Below, piece by piece: positions 10,410 to 20,412 of a DNA stretch of 64,000 nt. Position 1 is the stretch's first letter. Every line of letters begins with the position of its first letter. The notes beneath the pieces are model-generated. The model saw nothing but the letters and a program-made list of their open reading frames with translations, was not told the DNA's origin and did no database searches. The translations under genes were made by a program, and so were the position numbers. Origin of the DNA: Parcubacteria group bacterium (GTDB lineage: Bacteria; Patescibacteriota; Minisyncoccia; Moranbacterales; UBA9337); NCBI GenBank assembly GCA_041662245.1, contig JBAZSW010000003.1, positions 45,798-109,797 on the forward strand. The letters are read 5' to 3'.

Positions 10410-11183
10410 TTATTGAGCTATTTCACTGATATCCGTTTTAGCAATATTGTCCATACTATGTTTATTAACTTCATCTGATATTATTTTGCCATCTACCATT
10501 TTTATAATTCTTGAAGCAAATTTATATTGATCTTGATCGTGCGTAACCATTAAAATAGTAATATTGAATTTTCTATTTATTTCCTGAAGCAAAGCCAAAA
10601 GGGTATCTCCAGCTTTTTGGTCTAAGTTTCCTGTCGGTTCGTCAGCAATAATAAATTTAGGATTAAGCAAAAGCGAACGGGCTAACGCAATTCTTTGTTG
10701 TTGTCCTCCAGAGAGATCATAAGGACGATAGTCTGCCCATCTACTCATTCCCACCAATTCTATTAATTTAGCAGCTTTTTCTATGCCACTATGAAAGGAC
10801 TCTCCTGCAATAACAGCTGGAATAGCCATATTTTCTATTACCGTTAACGATTTAATCCAGAAAGTCTGTTGAGGAATAAATCCCACCTTCTCATTTCTAA
10901 ATTGAGCTCTCCAATTTTTACTATATGCCCAGATATCTTCATCATCTATAATTATTTTTCCTTCCGTGGGTTCCTCTAAGCCATAAATAGAATGAAGTAA
11001 AGTTGACTTGCCGCAGCCACTAGGGCCGACCAACATCACAAATTCCCCTTCATATATCTTGGCATCAATTCCAAAAAGAACTTGAATATTATTTTCGCCT
11101 ACACGAAAACTTTTTTTTATTCCTTTTATTTCTACGGCTACGTTTTTATTCTCTATTTTTTCCATATTCCTGACGACAACCAT
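10410..11183 (-). CDS. ABC transporter ATP-binding protein (MacB/LolD/FtsE-like)
   Basis: Walker A GPSGCGKST, ABC signature LSGGQQQRIALARSL, Walker B IIADEPT. The start overlaps the giant gene's stop by 31 nt. Confidence 0.85.
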   Translation of the reverse strand: MVVVRNMEKIENKNVAVEIKGIKKSFRVGENNIQVLFGIDAKIYEGEFVMLVGPSGCGKSTLLHSIYGLEEPTEGKIIIDDEDIWAYSKNWRAQFRNEKVGFIPQQTFWIKSLTVIENMAIPAVIAGESFHSGIEKAAKLIELVGMSRWADYRPYDLSGGQQQRIALARSLLLNPKFIIADEPTGNLDQKAGDTLLALLQEINRKFNITILMVTHDQDQYKFASRIIKMVDGKIISDEVNKHSMDNIAKTDISEIAQ

Positions 11184-14100
11184 CCGAATTGTTTAGTTGT
11201 TGTTCCAATTATTATTTCTGCCGCTGATGATTTAGCTCCTTCTACTATTATAGTAGAGACTTTTGAATTTGTCATATTTCCCGCCGCATCAAAAACTTCC
11301 ACCTGATAACTATACATCTGTCCCACTTCCGCAGGGATAGTTATTAAATGATAAGTGTTTAATGGATCCTCTCCTGTAGATTGATCAAATCCTGAAACAG
11401 CAGCCCCTTTAGTATATTTAATTTTTAACGTAGTTGTTTCATTCGTCTCTATCTTAACATACATATTAGCTTGAGCGCTGCTACCTCTTCCTAAAACTTT
11501 TCCGATAGCTCTATTGACTACTATTTCTGGCGGACGAGAATCAGATTTGGTAGTTATCTTCTGCTCCACAGATTCAACTTCAATTCCATTGGCATCTGTT
11601 CCTAAAATAGTTAAGGTATATTCTTTGGCGGGATCCAAACCATTTAACTCTGCGCTGTGTTCAGTAACTCTTTCTTCAGTTAAATAATTATGCGGAGAAG
11701 CTTCATCGGATGATTTAAAATATAAATGAGTAGTAGCAGGAACATTAGTTTTATATTGCACAGATACCGCCGGCAAATCAACATTTTCCACATTCTGTAT
11801 TTGAATATCCGTTGCCATTGGCTTAATCGGAGTAGCAAAACTATATTGATCAGAGTTGAAACTATTTAAATCTCCGTCTATACAAGATACCTGAGCTTGA
11901 TAACTAGTTTCAGCATTCAATCCTATGACTTTCTGAATATGAGCTGAAGCGCCACTAGTTTCCTCAATGGTATTAGAAAGACTTCCTGCTCCATATTTCA
12001 AAGTACAAGTGGCTGAAGTATTAGTTTTCCAAGAAACATAAGCCGAATCAAGCTTTATGTCAGTAACAGTAAATTCTGATACAACTGGAGGTGGCAACGT
12101 AGTAAAATTACCAACTTCCGATGTACCAATATTTCCATCAGGATCGATATATTTCACTTTATAAAAATATTTGGTGTCTGCACTTAAACCATTCACAATT
12201 ACTTCGTGATCTGTCACACTGTCTACTTGACCATTAGTTTCCCCTAATGAAATAGTTTTTCCATATTCTATAAAAGAACTGGCTACACGACTAGTTCCCC
12301 AATTAAAAGTAGCTACAAATGATTGCGTTTTTACTGTTGGCTTTTGAATTAGAGCAGGGGCGGTAGTATATCTACCTGTAGGAATAATAGTAACAATACT
12401 CGAAGCAATTGATAAATTATTAGTATTATCCTTAGCTTTAATATAATAATAATAAGGCTTACTTTCCAATTCAGTATCCACATAAGCTGTTCCTGAAGTT
12501 GTTGCCACACTAGTGTATACTCCTGCTAATTCTGTAGAACGATAAATTACATATCCTTCAAAATTATCACTGCTCGCTCCTACAGGAGGAGTCCATTTAG
12601 TAGCTACACTATATTCTGCATTTTCTCTATCGGAAGTATCAAATATCTGAACATTAACCGGAGCACCAGGAGCAGAAGTATCTGCAGTAAAATCAGCATA
12701 AGCATACAAGCTATAGTCAATATTTCCCGCCTCATCCATGGCTACTACATAAAATCTATTAGATCCTTTTTGAGTAGCAAATGGGCCAGGTCCAGCGAAA
12801 GTAGAAGTTGTTTCGGTAACATTATAAGCATTGGGCAAAGTGTTAACTGCATAATAATATTTGAGCTTAGTTGGCTCACCAATAAATGATAATGGTTGGT
12901 CCCAATCAAAAGCAAATGAATTACCGGTTGAATAAGCAGGGGTTACTGTTAAATTCTCTGGCGGACTTGGGGCACTCGCGCTAAAATAATATTCTTGACT
13001 AATAGGAGCAGAAATATTGCCAGCATTATCCACAACTCTCAAATAAAACCAATTTTTTCCCGACTGATAAGCTCCTGTGGTGTGCATCGCGTTAGGAATA
13101 GCAATTGAAACATCAGTAATATTAGGAATATCAAACCAAGTATCAGCAATGTCTCCACCAGTTCGATATTGAATTTTCTGCACTCCCGAGTGAGCATCCG
13201 AAACATTGTTTTCCCATAAAAAAGAATAATTATCTGCCGCAGTAAATCCCGCTGGGGTGACGGATATATCACTAGGATTATTTGGAGAAGTATTGTCCAA
13301 TCTATAATTAAAAGCATTAAATGATCCAGCCGGTATCATATCAGCATCATCTACAGATTTAATTAAAAGATAATAATTTTGACCAGAAACCATGCTACTG
13401 GCAACATAATTAGTAGTTGTTTGATAAGCACCATCAACAAAAGCATCTGCGCTAGCATTTGTCCCAAAATAAACCCAATAACCTTTAACTCCCGAACCGC
13501 CCACTCCATCGCTAGCTCCCCCCACTACTTCATCAGCAGGCCATTCGAAATATGGACTAGTATATCCATACCAAGAAGCTGTATTAATGGAAGTCACTTT
13601 ATCTACTGCGCTATAAGCACTAACTATAGTTGGATTACTCGGAGCCAAAACATCTTGATAATAATTTATCTTATAATCTGTGACTAGAGGAGAAAAAATT
13701 TGATCACCCGAAAACAAATCTATTTTTACTTGGATATATTCATTAGCTGGACTGACAATATCATAATTATAATGACCCGCACCAAAATCTTTTTCATTGG
13801 AAACTAAATCCCAAGCTGACCAATCGGTTTGGTTATCTGAAGTTCGAGTATAAATATTAACACTTGTTCCTGTTGGTTTTGTATAATTGATATCTAAATT
13901 GGCCCAACGATAAACTGAAAGCAAATCAATCGCCTGCGAAATATAATTCCCTCTTTTTTCAAAGGCTGTTCCGTTGGTTTCAGAACCCACCACATAGCTA
14001 TACAGACCGTCTGGGTATGAATTAGTTCCTGTTCCCACAGTCGACCAAATTCTATTACTCGCACTATCTCCTGCCCCTCCAGTATTTACTTGTCCAGGAA

Positions 14101-17100
14101 AATTGGCAATTGTTTCCCAAGTATTTCCAGAAATATTATAACGATAATAAGCATTGGTATTAAGTCCTCTAGTCAAATACAAATATCCATCTCCGCCATC
14201 AGTCAAAGATGAACCAATTCCAATTGTCGCCGGAGTATTAGCTCTTTGAAGCCAAGTGCCAGCTGTCACATCATAACGCCAGAAAGTAAGTTGACTTTGC
14301 CCTCGAGTGGAATAAATATAGCCATCTTTATAAATAATTTTTGATCCATCTCCTTGGTTCCAATTTACAATCGTGGGAAGTAGAGCCGACCAACGTGATC
14401 CAGCTACCGCCGTAGTATCATAACGCCACCAATTATTACTTCCCGCTGTTCCACGAGTTAAATAAATGTAACGACTACCGTCATAAGTCATACTTGAACC
14501 AGTTCCCGTTTGAAGCGGAATTCTATCAGTAGCAATAACCTCCCAACTATTTGATGAAATTGTATATTTCATAAAATAATTATTAATACTTCCTGTTCTA
14601 GTAGTTCTAATTGCTCCAGGAGTAAGGTAAATCGCTCCTTCATCTTCATTATAAACCATAGCCGAACCAGTAAATATCCCTACTGGAGTTTTGGCCAATT
14701 TCGTAAATTCACCAGTCTGATAATCATATTTTCCAAAAGTATTGTCACTGTTTCCTCTTACTATATAAATATTATTATTTTCATCTTTAGCCAAATTAGT
14801 TCCGGCGTTAAAGCCAAAACTACTTCCACCACCAATATCTGCTGGTCCAAAAAATCCTTTTTGAGGAACTTCCCAGGAATTTTCATCAATATTAAACTTA
14901 TAAAAAGCATTTGAAGCCTCTCCTCTGATTGCATAAATATATCCTCCTGCAGCCTTTAGTGATCCTCCATAACCCACATAAGCTGGAATCATCGGCAATT
15001 CTGTCCAAGTATTAGAAGTCACGCTATATTTAAAGAAATTCTGACGTTGTTTACCGCTTAACATATAAACTGCATCAGTGTCCTCATCGTAAGTTAAACT
15101 ACCTCCGTTATAAATTCCTACTGGGGCTTTCTCCAAAGTTGACCAATGTCCCGTGCCAGTAGAATATTTTGAAAAATAGGGATAATTATTTCCTTGTAAA
15201 GCATAAATTGTGTCATTTCCATCATAAGCGGTATAAGACCCTTCATAAACTCTTTGCCCATCACTTTCATTGGGATTACCAAACTCCGCATTTTCCAAAT
15301 TGCTCCACACATTATTTTGAGTATCATATCGATAAAAAGCATCGTCATTTCCAGGAAGACCATAGATATAGCGGCTACCATCATATTGCAATGATCCTCC
15401 ATAAGTAAATACTTTAGAGGCATTACTTACTGACTCCCAACTATTGCTTCCGATACTATAGCGCCAAAAATCCGATTGGTCAGCTCCTCTTGTGGCATAT
15501 AAATACCCTTCAGGACCAGCTACTAGAAAACTTCCATAATAGACTGTCAGAGGAGCAGGTTGCAAAGTCGTCCAAACATCAGTAGCAATATCATAAGAAT
15601 AAAAAATATTGGAATTATTTCCATTTAAAACATAGATTTTATTACTCGACTCTACATAAGCCATTCTAGATCCATAACGGAATCCGGCTGGAGCATAAGA
15701 CAATCTCTTTTCATTCCAAAAACCATTGATTGAATTTAGTCTAAATGACCCGTCACTTTTAACGCTTACCTTATCCAATGTGCCAGATTGAAAATCTGCT
15801 TCACTAGTTTTCTCTTCTGTTAAATAGGGAGACACTCCTGAATAGTTATAAGTAAAAGCACTCCAAACAGTATCACTTATATTACCATCATTATCTTCAG
15901 TTTTAATTCTAAGATAATAATTACCAGTTTGCATTGCCATGTTAACCAAATATTCTGGATTAACCGTATACGATCCCAAAATTTCTGGATCAGCTCCGCT
16001 ATCAGTCCCAAAATAAACCCAATATCCATCTATTCCAGAATCATTATCAATGGCATCATTCCAAGTGAAATATGGGTGAGCATGTTTATATTCATCTCCA
16101 CTTAGCAAAGTGTCCCCACTAACTCTTTGGGAATAACCATTTATAATGTTTGGATTATTAGGATCATTATCTTCGCTATTATAAGATATTGTAAAATCAT
16201 TAACTGTAGGAGTACTGATTCCATCAGATGAACTTAAAGTAAATTTAACTTGAATATATCGATTTTCTGGCGATTGTATATCCGTTCCACTGAGAGTTTC
16301 CCAACTTGACCAACTATCCCCATCACTGCTAGTTCGTGTTTCGGTAACAATCGAAGTATTAGCTGGAATATTTTGATTAATCGCCAAAGAAGTCCACGAT
16401 GAGACATAAGACAAATCCATTTCCTCACTGATATATGTTCCCGTGGCTAGATAGTTACTGGCTCCTAAAGTATAGCTCCAAACATCTACTAATCCAAATC
16501 CAGGGGTGGCTAAAAAAGAGTTATTACCCATATATTCAAAAGACGCTCCATTATATGGCCCTCTTTCATAAACATATTTTTGATTAGCTGGCAAAAGCCT
16601 CCATGAATTGGTGGCAATTGTATATTCCCATGTTTCATCTTTATAATAACCCGCTATTGCATAAATTTTGCCATTATAATATGCCATATCTGTTCCATAA
16701 CTTTGTGCAAAAGACGTTGAAGTTAATTCAGTCCAATTATTATCTAACACATTATAACGTAAGAAAGCCGTTTCTCCATCTCCGGGCATCATATAAAGAT
16801 TATTTCCATCTGATTCTAGACGACTTCCGATATAAGACATATAATTCGCTCCTCCCGTGATAGAAGCACTGGTCATAGTAGTCCAACTATTGCCAGCAAT
16901 ATTATATCGGTAAAGATTATTGGTTCCATTACCTCGAGTCACATAAATATATCCGTCGCTACTATTATAAGTTGCTGCGCTACCATAACCCAAAGTTCCA
17001 AGTCCTGTGGTGCTAGCTGTGCTCCAAGAATTTCCAGCTACATTATAAATATAAAAAGCGGTAGTGTTGTTCCCCAATGGAATATAAAAGTTACCGTTAT

Positions 17101-18586
17101 AAAAAGTGCCTTTCGTATCATAGCTAAAACTCACTGGCGCATTAGTTAGAGTTGTCCAAGTATTAGTGGTTATATCATAACGATAAAAACCGTTTGATCC
17201 TCCCCTTAAAGCATAGACATAAGCCCCCGCTCCCGTTACTTTATTCCAAATAAAATCACTACCTGTTCCCACCGTAGCCGGCAAATCAGCTGGTCCTACC
17301 CAAGTCCCTGTCGCTCCACTATTAGGGTTAAATTTCCACAAATTATACGTTGCTCCACCTCGAATCGCATAAATAAGATTATCTGTCGGATTAAAAGTCA
17401 AAGAGGACATGTTATTAGTTTGTGGTGAAGTTGCTAGAGTTGTCCAATTATTAGTTGCAATATTATATCTTATGAAAGTATTGGTAGTATTCGAAACTAA
17501 AAAGTAAATACAATTATTATAATAAACTCCTTTTTGCTCACCGCTAAGAGCTACTGGAGAAGCTGTCATTGCTGGAGCTGCCACCCAATTATTGGCTACA
17601 ATATTATAGCGATAAAAAGTTGTCGTTCCTGATCCCCGAGTAATATACATGTAGCCATTATTGCCATATACCATATCAGCTCCACTCGTTAAAGTAGCTG
17701 GAATTGGATTTATTCCATACCACATATTTTCACCAACATCAAATCTCCAAAAATCAGAAAATCCCTGTCCTCTAGTTACAAACATATCTGTTCCATCAAA
17801 TTCAATTGAAGCTCCCGTATAAACAGTATCCAAAAGATCGGGTAATTTAGTCCAAACTCTATCTTCAATATTATATTTATAAAATTCCTTGGAAAAACCT
17901 CCAAAAATAAAATAAATATTCCCTGCGCCATCATAAACTAAATCACAACCATAATGAGTAGCCTGAGGTAAATCTTCTAATATATCCCACTTGTTTTCAG
18001 CTACATTATAACGATAAAAAGATTTATCTGCATAGCCTCTAGTGGCATAAAGATAATTATTTACCATCACTGAAGATGAACCAAAAGAAACAGTGTCTGG
18101 AGTAGGAGCCCAAGTTCGAGCATTCCAAGTTCCATCTGATTTTAATTGAATTGCGTCTTGAGAGCTGGTAGTACTCACATTTTCCAAACTGCCATTTTCC
18201 CATTCTTTTTGAGTAGTTACACTTTTCGATTGCGGAGCACTTAATACACTGGCACTATTAGAAAAAACTACCGCTGCCATTATTATTATTGTTCCTATTC
18301 TAACCGAAGACCACCAAAAAAATTTAAAGAATATCTTTATTAATTTGGCCAGAAAATCAACAAATTTAAAAACTATTTTTCTTGTTCTATATTTTTTACC
18401 CAGGCTCTTATTGTTTTTTAGCTCATATTGAGATAAAAATTCAGTCAATGAACTCGCTCTAGTATTTTTTATTTCAGCAATTTCTTTATTTTTTATTCTT
18501 TTTTTAAATAAAAATGCAAAAAAACCTTTCTTTGAAGAATTCTTTTTAGATCGAATTATTTGTGTTTGTTTTTTGTTTTTTAACAT
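11153..18586 (-). CDS. giant (2477 aa) membrane-anchored surface protein: basic cytoplasmic tail, one TM, many Kelch-type beta-propeller blades, C-terminal FN3-like domains
   Basis: An uninterrupted 7.4-kb ORF. Dozens of F/Y-R-Y-N-x-x-x-N-x-W-T/S-x-L blade motifs. Four C-terminal FN3-like modules (e.g. YKVKYIDPDGNIGTSEVGNFTT). TM segment WWSSVRIGTIIIMAAVVF. Confidence 0.8.
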   Translation of the reverse strand: MLKNKKQTQIIRSKKNSSKKGFFAFLFKKRIKNKEIAEIKNTRASSLTEFLSQYELKNNKSLGKKYRTRKIVFKFVDFLAKLIKIFFKFFWWSSVRIGTIIIMAAVVFSNSASVLSAPQSKSVTTQKEWENGSLENVSTTSSQDAIQLKSDGTWNARTWAPTPDTVSFGSSSVMVNNYLYATRGYADKSFYRYNVAENKWDILEDLPQATHYGCDLVYDGAGNIYFIFGGFSKEFYKYNIEDRVWTKLPDLLDTVYTGASIEFDGTDMFVTRGQGFSDFWRFDVGENMWYGINPIPATLTSGADMVYGNNGYMYITRGSGTTTFYRYNIVANNWVAAPAMTASPVALSGEQKGVYYNNCIYFLVSNTTNTFIRYNIATNNWTTLATSPQTNNMSSLTFNPTDNLIYAIRGGATYNLWKFNPNSGATGTWVGPADLPATVGTGSDFIWNKVTGAGAYVYALRGGSNGFYRYDITTNTWTTLTNAPVSFSYDTKGTFYNGNFYIPLGNNTTAFYIYNVAGNSWSTASTTGLGTLGYGSAATYNSSDGYIYVTRGNGTNNLYRYNIAGNSWTTMTSASITGGANYMSYIGSRLESDGNNLYMMPGDGETAFLRYNVLDNNWTELTSTSFAQSYGTDMAYYNGKIYAIAGYYKDETWEYTIATNSWRLLPANQKYVYERGPYNGASFEYMGNNSFLATPGFGLVDVWSYTLGASNYLATGTYISEEMDLSYVSSWTSLAINQNIPANTSIVTETRTSSDGDSWSSWETLSGTDIQSPENRYIQVKFTLSSSDGISTPTVNDFTISYNSEDNDPNNPNIINGYSQRVSGDTLLSGDEYKHAHPYFTWNDAIDNDSGIDGYWVYFGTDSGADPEILGSYTVNPEYLVNMAMQTGNYYLRIKTEDNDGNISDTVWSAFTYNYSGVSPYLTEEKTSEADFQSGTLDKVSVKSDGSFRLNSINGFWNEKRLSYAPAGFRYGSRMAYVESSNKIYVLNGNNSNIFYSYDIATDVWTTLQPAPLTVYYGSFLVAGPEGYLYATRGADQSDFWRYSIGSNSWESVSNASKVFTYGGSLQYDGSRYIYGLPGNDDAFYRYDTQNNVWSNLENAEFGNPNESDGQRVYEGSYTAYDGNDTIYALQGNNYPYFSKYSTGTGHWSTLEKAPVGIYNGGSLTYDEDTDAVYMLSGKQRQNFFKYSVTSNTWTELPMIPAYVGYGGSLKAAGGYIYAIRGEASNAFYKFNIDENSWEVPQKGFFGPADIGGGSSFGFNAGTNLAKDENNNIYIVRGNSDNTFGKYDYQTGEFTKLAKTPVGIFTGSAMVYNEDEGAIYLTPGAIRTTRTGSINNYFMKYTISSNSWEVIATDRIPLQTGTGSSMTYDGSRYIYLTRGTAGSNNWWRYDTTAVAGSRWSALLPTIVNWNQGDGSKIIYKDGYIYSTRGQSQLTFWRYDVTAGTWLQRANTPATIGIGSSLTDGGDGYLYLTRGLNTNAYYRYNISGNTWETIANFPGQVNTGGAGDSASNRIWSTVGTGTNSYPDGLYSYVVGSETNGTAFEKRGNYISQAIDLLSVYRWANLDINYTKPTGTSVNIYTRTSDNQTDWSAWDLVSNEKDFGAGHYNYDIVSPANEYIQVKIDLFSGDQIFSPLVTDYKINYYQDVLAPSNPTIVSAYSAVDKVTSINTASWYGYTSPYFEWPADEVVGGASDGVGGSGVKGYWVYFGTNASADAFVDGAYQTTTNYVASSMVSGQNYYLLIKSVDDADMIPAGSFNAFNYRLDNTSPNNPSDISVTPAGFTAADNYSFLWENNVSDAHSGVQKIQYRTGGDIADTWFDIPNITDVSIAIPNAMHTTGAYQSGKNWFYLRVVDNAGNISAPISQEYYFSASAPSPPENLTVTPAYSTGNSFAFDWDQPLSFIGEPTKLKYYYAVNTLPNAYNVTETTSTFAGPGPFATQKGSNRFYVVAMDEAGNIDYSLYAYADFTADTSAPGAPVNVQIFDTSDRENAEYSVATKWTPPVGASSDNFEGYVIYRSTELAGVYTSVATTSGTAYVDTELESKPYYYYIKAKDNTNNLSIASSIVTIIPTGRYTTAPALIQKPTVKTQSFVATFNWGTSRVASSFIEYGKTISLGETNGQVDSVTDHEVIVNGLSADTKYFYKVKYIDPDGNIGTSEVGNFTTLPPPVVSEFTVTDIKLDSAYVSWKTNTSATCTLKYGAGSLSNTIEETSGASAHIQKVIGLNAETSYQAQVSCIDGDLNSFNSDQYSFATPIKPMATDIQIQNVENVDLPAVSVQYKTNVPATTHLYFKSSDEASPHNYLTEERVTEHSAELNGLDPAKEYTLTILGTDANGIEVESVEQKITTKSDSRPPEIVVNRAIGKVLGRGSSAQANMYVKIETNETTTLKIKYTKGAAVSGFDQSTGEDPLNTYHLITIPAEVGQMYSYQVEVFDAAGNMTNSKVSTIIVEGAKSSAAEIIIGTTTKQFGWLSSGIWKK

Positions 18587-18628
18587 TCTTATTTAAGATA
18601 TTATTTTAATATCCTCAAAATATTGCTT

Positions 18629-18826
18629 TTAGCTATATAATCGAGACATTTCGCTCACTAATCTTTTCATTTTTTCTACATCATATTTACTATAGATTCT
18701 CCATCCTCGACTATCTCTCCTAGGCGCGCCTATTCTACCTTCTTTTTCCCAACGGAAAATAGTCGACTTATCTCGGTCGATTATCTTAGAAACATCTTTT
18801 ACATAATAAATATCTTCAAATATCAT
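18629..18826 (-). CDS. excisionase/MerR-family helix-turn-helix DNA-binding protein (65 aa from an internal Met)
   Basis: YYVKDVSKIIDRDKSTIFRWEKEGRIGAPRRDSRGWRIYSKYDVEKM matches the HTH_17/Xis-type pattern (..STIYRWIKEG..P..GRWRI....L). Sits 42 nt upstream of the giant gene. Confidence 0.5.
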   Translation of the reverse strand: MIFEDIYYVKDVSKIIDRDKSTIFRWEKEGRIGAPRRDSRGWRIYSKYDVEKMKRLVSEMSRLYS

Positions 18827-18988
18827 CTTTTTAAACTTAGGTACCCATATAAGTATATCCACTATAGGTACTATATGTATGCTAGCCAAATAAAAAAGCG
18901 AACTGCCGGAAATCGGCACTTCACCCTACTACATGCTTATTATAGCACACAATCACTACTCAGTCAAAAAACATCTTCTATCCCCAAG

Positions 18989-19008
18989 TTATCCACAGTT
19001 AATTAACA
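18989..19008 (+). promoter_or_regulatory. TTATCCACAGTTAATTAACA: perfect DnaA-box 9-mer within a 20-nt motif shared with 51028-51047
   Basis: Direct reading of the sequence. Minus-strand reading is TGTTAA-N5-TGTGGATAA. Confidence 0.3.
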
Positions 19009-19268
19009 CACCCTTTAAAATTAAAAGTTTTTGCCACTATTCTAGCCACTCTTACTGTTGTAAGGTTGCCCGCAATGCTAGTTTTTACTATCATTTTCGA
19101 TATATCCACATTTTTTAAGTTATTTTTAATTAAAAGATTATCCATATTAACTAATAACTTTTCACTTAAATTTAGATCTCCCTCCCATTTTAATTCATCT
19201 ACTATCTCCTTTTCTCTCATTAAGTATAATATTGCCTTATTTTCTCTTATTTCTAATGTAATATTCAT
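18999..19268 (-). CDS. degenerate, truncated TsaB/YeaZ-like protein (N-terminal domain only, 89 aa)
   Basis: Co-linear with the TsaB N-terminus: LSEKLLVNMDNLL ~ HAEHLLPMIDELL, and SIAGNLTTVRVARIVAKTF ~ GPGSFTGLRIGVATAKGL. Confidence 0.35.
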   Translation of the reverse strand: MNITLEIRENKAILYLMREKEIVDELKWEGDLNLSEKLLVNMDNLLIKNNLKNVDISKMIVKTSIAGNLTTVRVARIVAKTFNFKGCVN

Positions 19269-19272
19269 ATTT

Positions 19273-20025
19273 TTATTTATTTATTTTTCCCCAATTAATA
19301 TTCCAAGGATCAGTCTTTCTCTTTGGCGCAATTTGATTGTGTCCCAGAATATAGCTTATCTCATATTTATTTTCCAGATATGCTATTAAATCATTTACTG
19401 CCACATATTGCTCTGAAGTAAATTCATCTTCTTCTATATTCATTAATTCTACTCCAATAGAAAAATTATTTACTCCCGTTCTTCCATCAGGCATCCTACT
19501 CTCTCCGGCATGATAGGCGATATTTTCATCCTTAACCAATCTAAATATTTCTCCTTTTCTATCAATTACATAATGTGGAGCTACTCCATATTCTTTATAT
19601 TCTAAGATAAGTTTTTCTAAACTATATTTATCTCCACCTAAGGCATTATAAGAAGAATGTAAAATGACAGTATCTATTTTCCTTCCATTAGAATAATCAA
19701 ATCCCCAAGATACCAATTTATCCTTTATTGCTAGACTATTTTTTAAATCTTTTTTAATTTCTGGCTTTATTTCTTCTTCTACCGAAATACCATCTGAATT
19801 TTCATTCTCAATAACTTCACTTTCCGCAACCGGTTTTTGAATATTGTTTTCAACTTCAACCACGGATAATTTTTCTTTGGGTTCTTTATCTTCTTTCAAG
19901 GGGACTTCCAAGGATTTGTTTTCATAAAGTAGGGCTTTCTGAGGAATTTTTAAATAAAAAAATCCCCACCAAGCCAAAGCCAGGGCAAGGATTAAAACTA
20001 AAATTGAACCTATTTTTATTTTCAC
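19273..20025 (-). CDS. N-acetylmuramoyl-L-alanine amidase (Amidase_2/PGRP fold), membrane anchored
   Basis: N-terminal TM. IDTVILHSS...YHAG...GVELMN...LGHNQIAPKRKTDP. Confidence 0.75.
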   Translation of the reverse strand: MKIKIGSILVLILALALAWWGFFYLKIPQKALLYENKSLEVPLKEDKEPKEKLSVVEVENNIQKPVAESEVIENENSDGISVEEEIKPEIKKDLKNSLAIKDKLVSWGFDYSNGRKIDTVILHSSYNALGGDKYSLEKLILEYKEYGVAPHYVIDRKGEIFRLVKDENIAYHAGESRMPDGRTGVNNFSIGVELMNIEEDEFTSEQYVAVNDLIAYLENKYEISYILGHNQIAPKRKTDPWNINWGKINK

Positions 20026-20091
20026 ATTTTTTATTTAAGTCAAGCTTTTGCACATTATAACCGCTTCATTTTTTAAAAAATTTGGTGTTTT

Positions 20092-20409
20092 TTAATTCTC
20101 TAAACAATCACAACTATCTATTTCTAAGCTATATATACCTCCCTCCATATTAATAACCTCTTTTCCAATATCATCAAGCAATTGAGCCACGTACCCACTT
20201 CGACTACCGCTTCGACAAACAAGAATAACTTTTTTGTTCCAATTAATATTATTCAGATTATTCATGATTTCTCCCATAGGAATAAGCTTGGAATTTTTTA
20301 TTCTCACAATTTTAAATTCTCCTTCCTCTCTCACATCCACTATTTCAAGATTTTGAAATTCTTTATTTATTAATTCTTTAAATTGTCTTTTATCAATAGA
20401 ATTTACCAT
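20092..20409 (-). CDS. single-domain rhodanese sulfurtransferase
   Basis: Active-site loop ILVCRSGSRSG. Confidence 0.75.
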   Translation of the reverse strand: MVNSIDKRQFKELINKEFQNLEIVDVREEGEFKIVRIKNSKLIPMGEIMNNLNNINWNKKVILVCRSGSRSGYVAQLLDDIGKEVINMEGGIYSLEIDSCDCLEN

Positions 20410-20412
20410 TTT

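Noticed and set aside
13039-16860. Several 64-102-aa ORFs on both strands (13039-13317, 13379-13687, 15118-15423, 15169-15408, 16234-16428, 16603-16860)
   Set aside because: All are embedded in alternative frames of the 7.4-kb giant gene. They are artefacts of repetitive low-complexity coding sequence.
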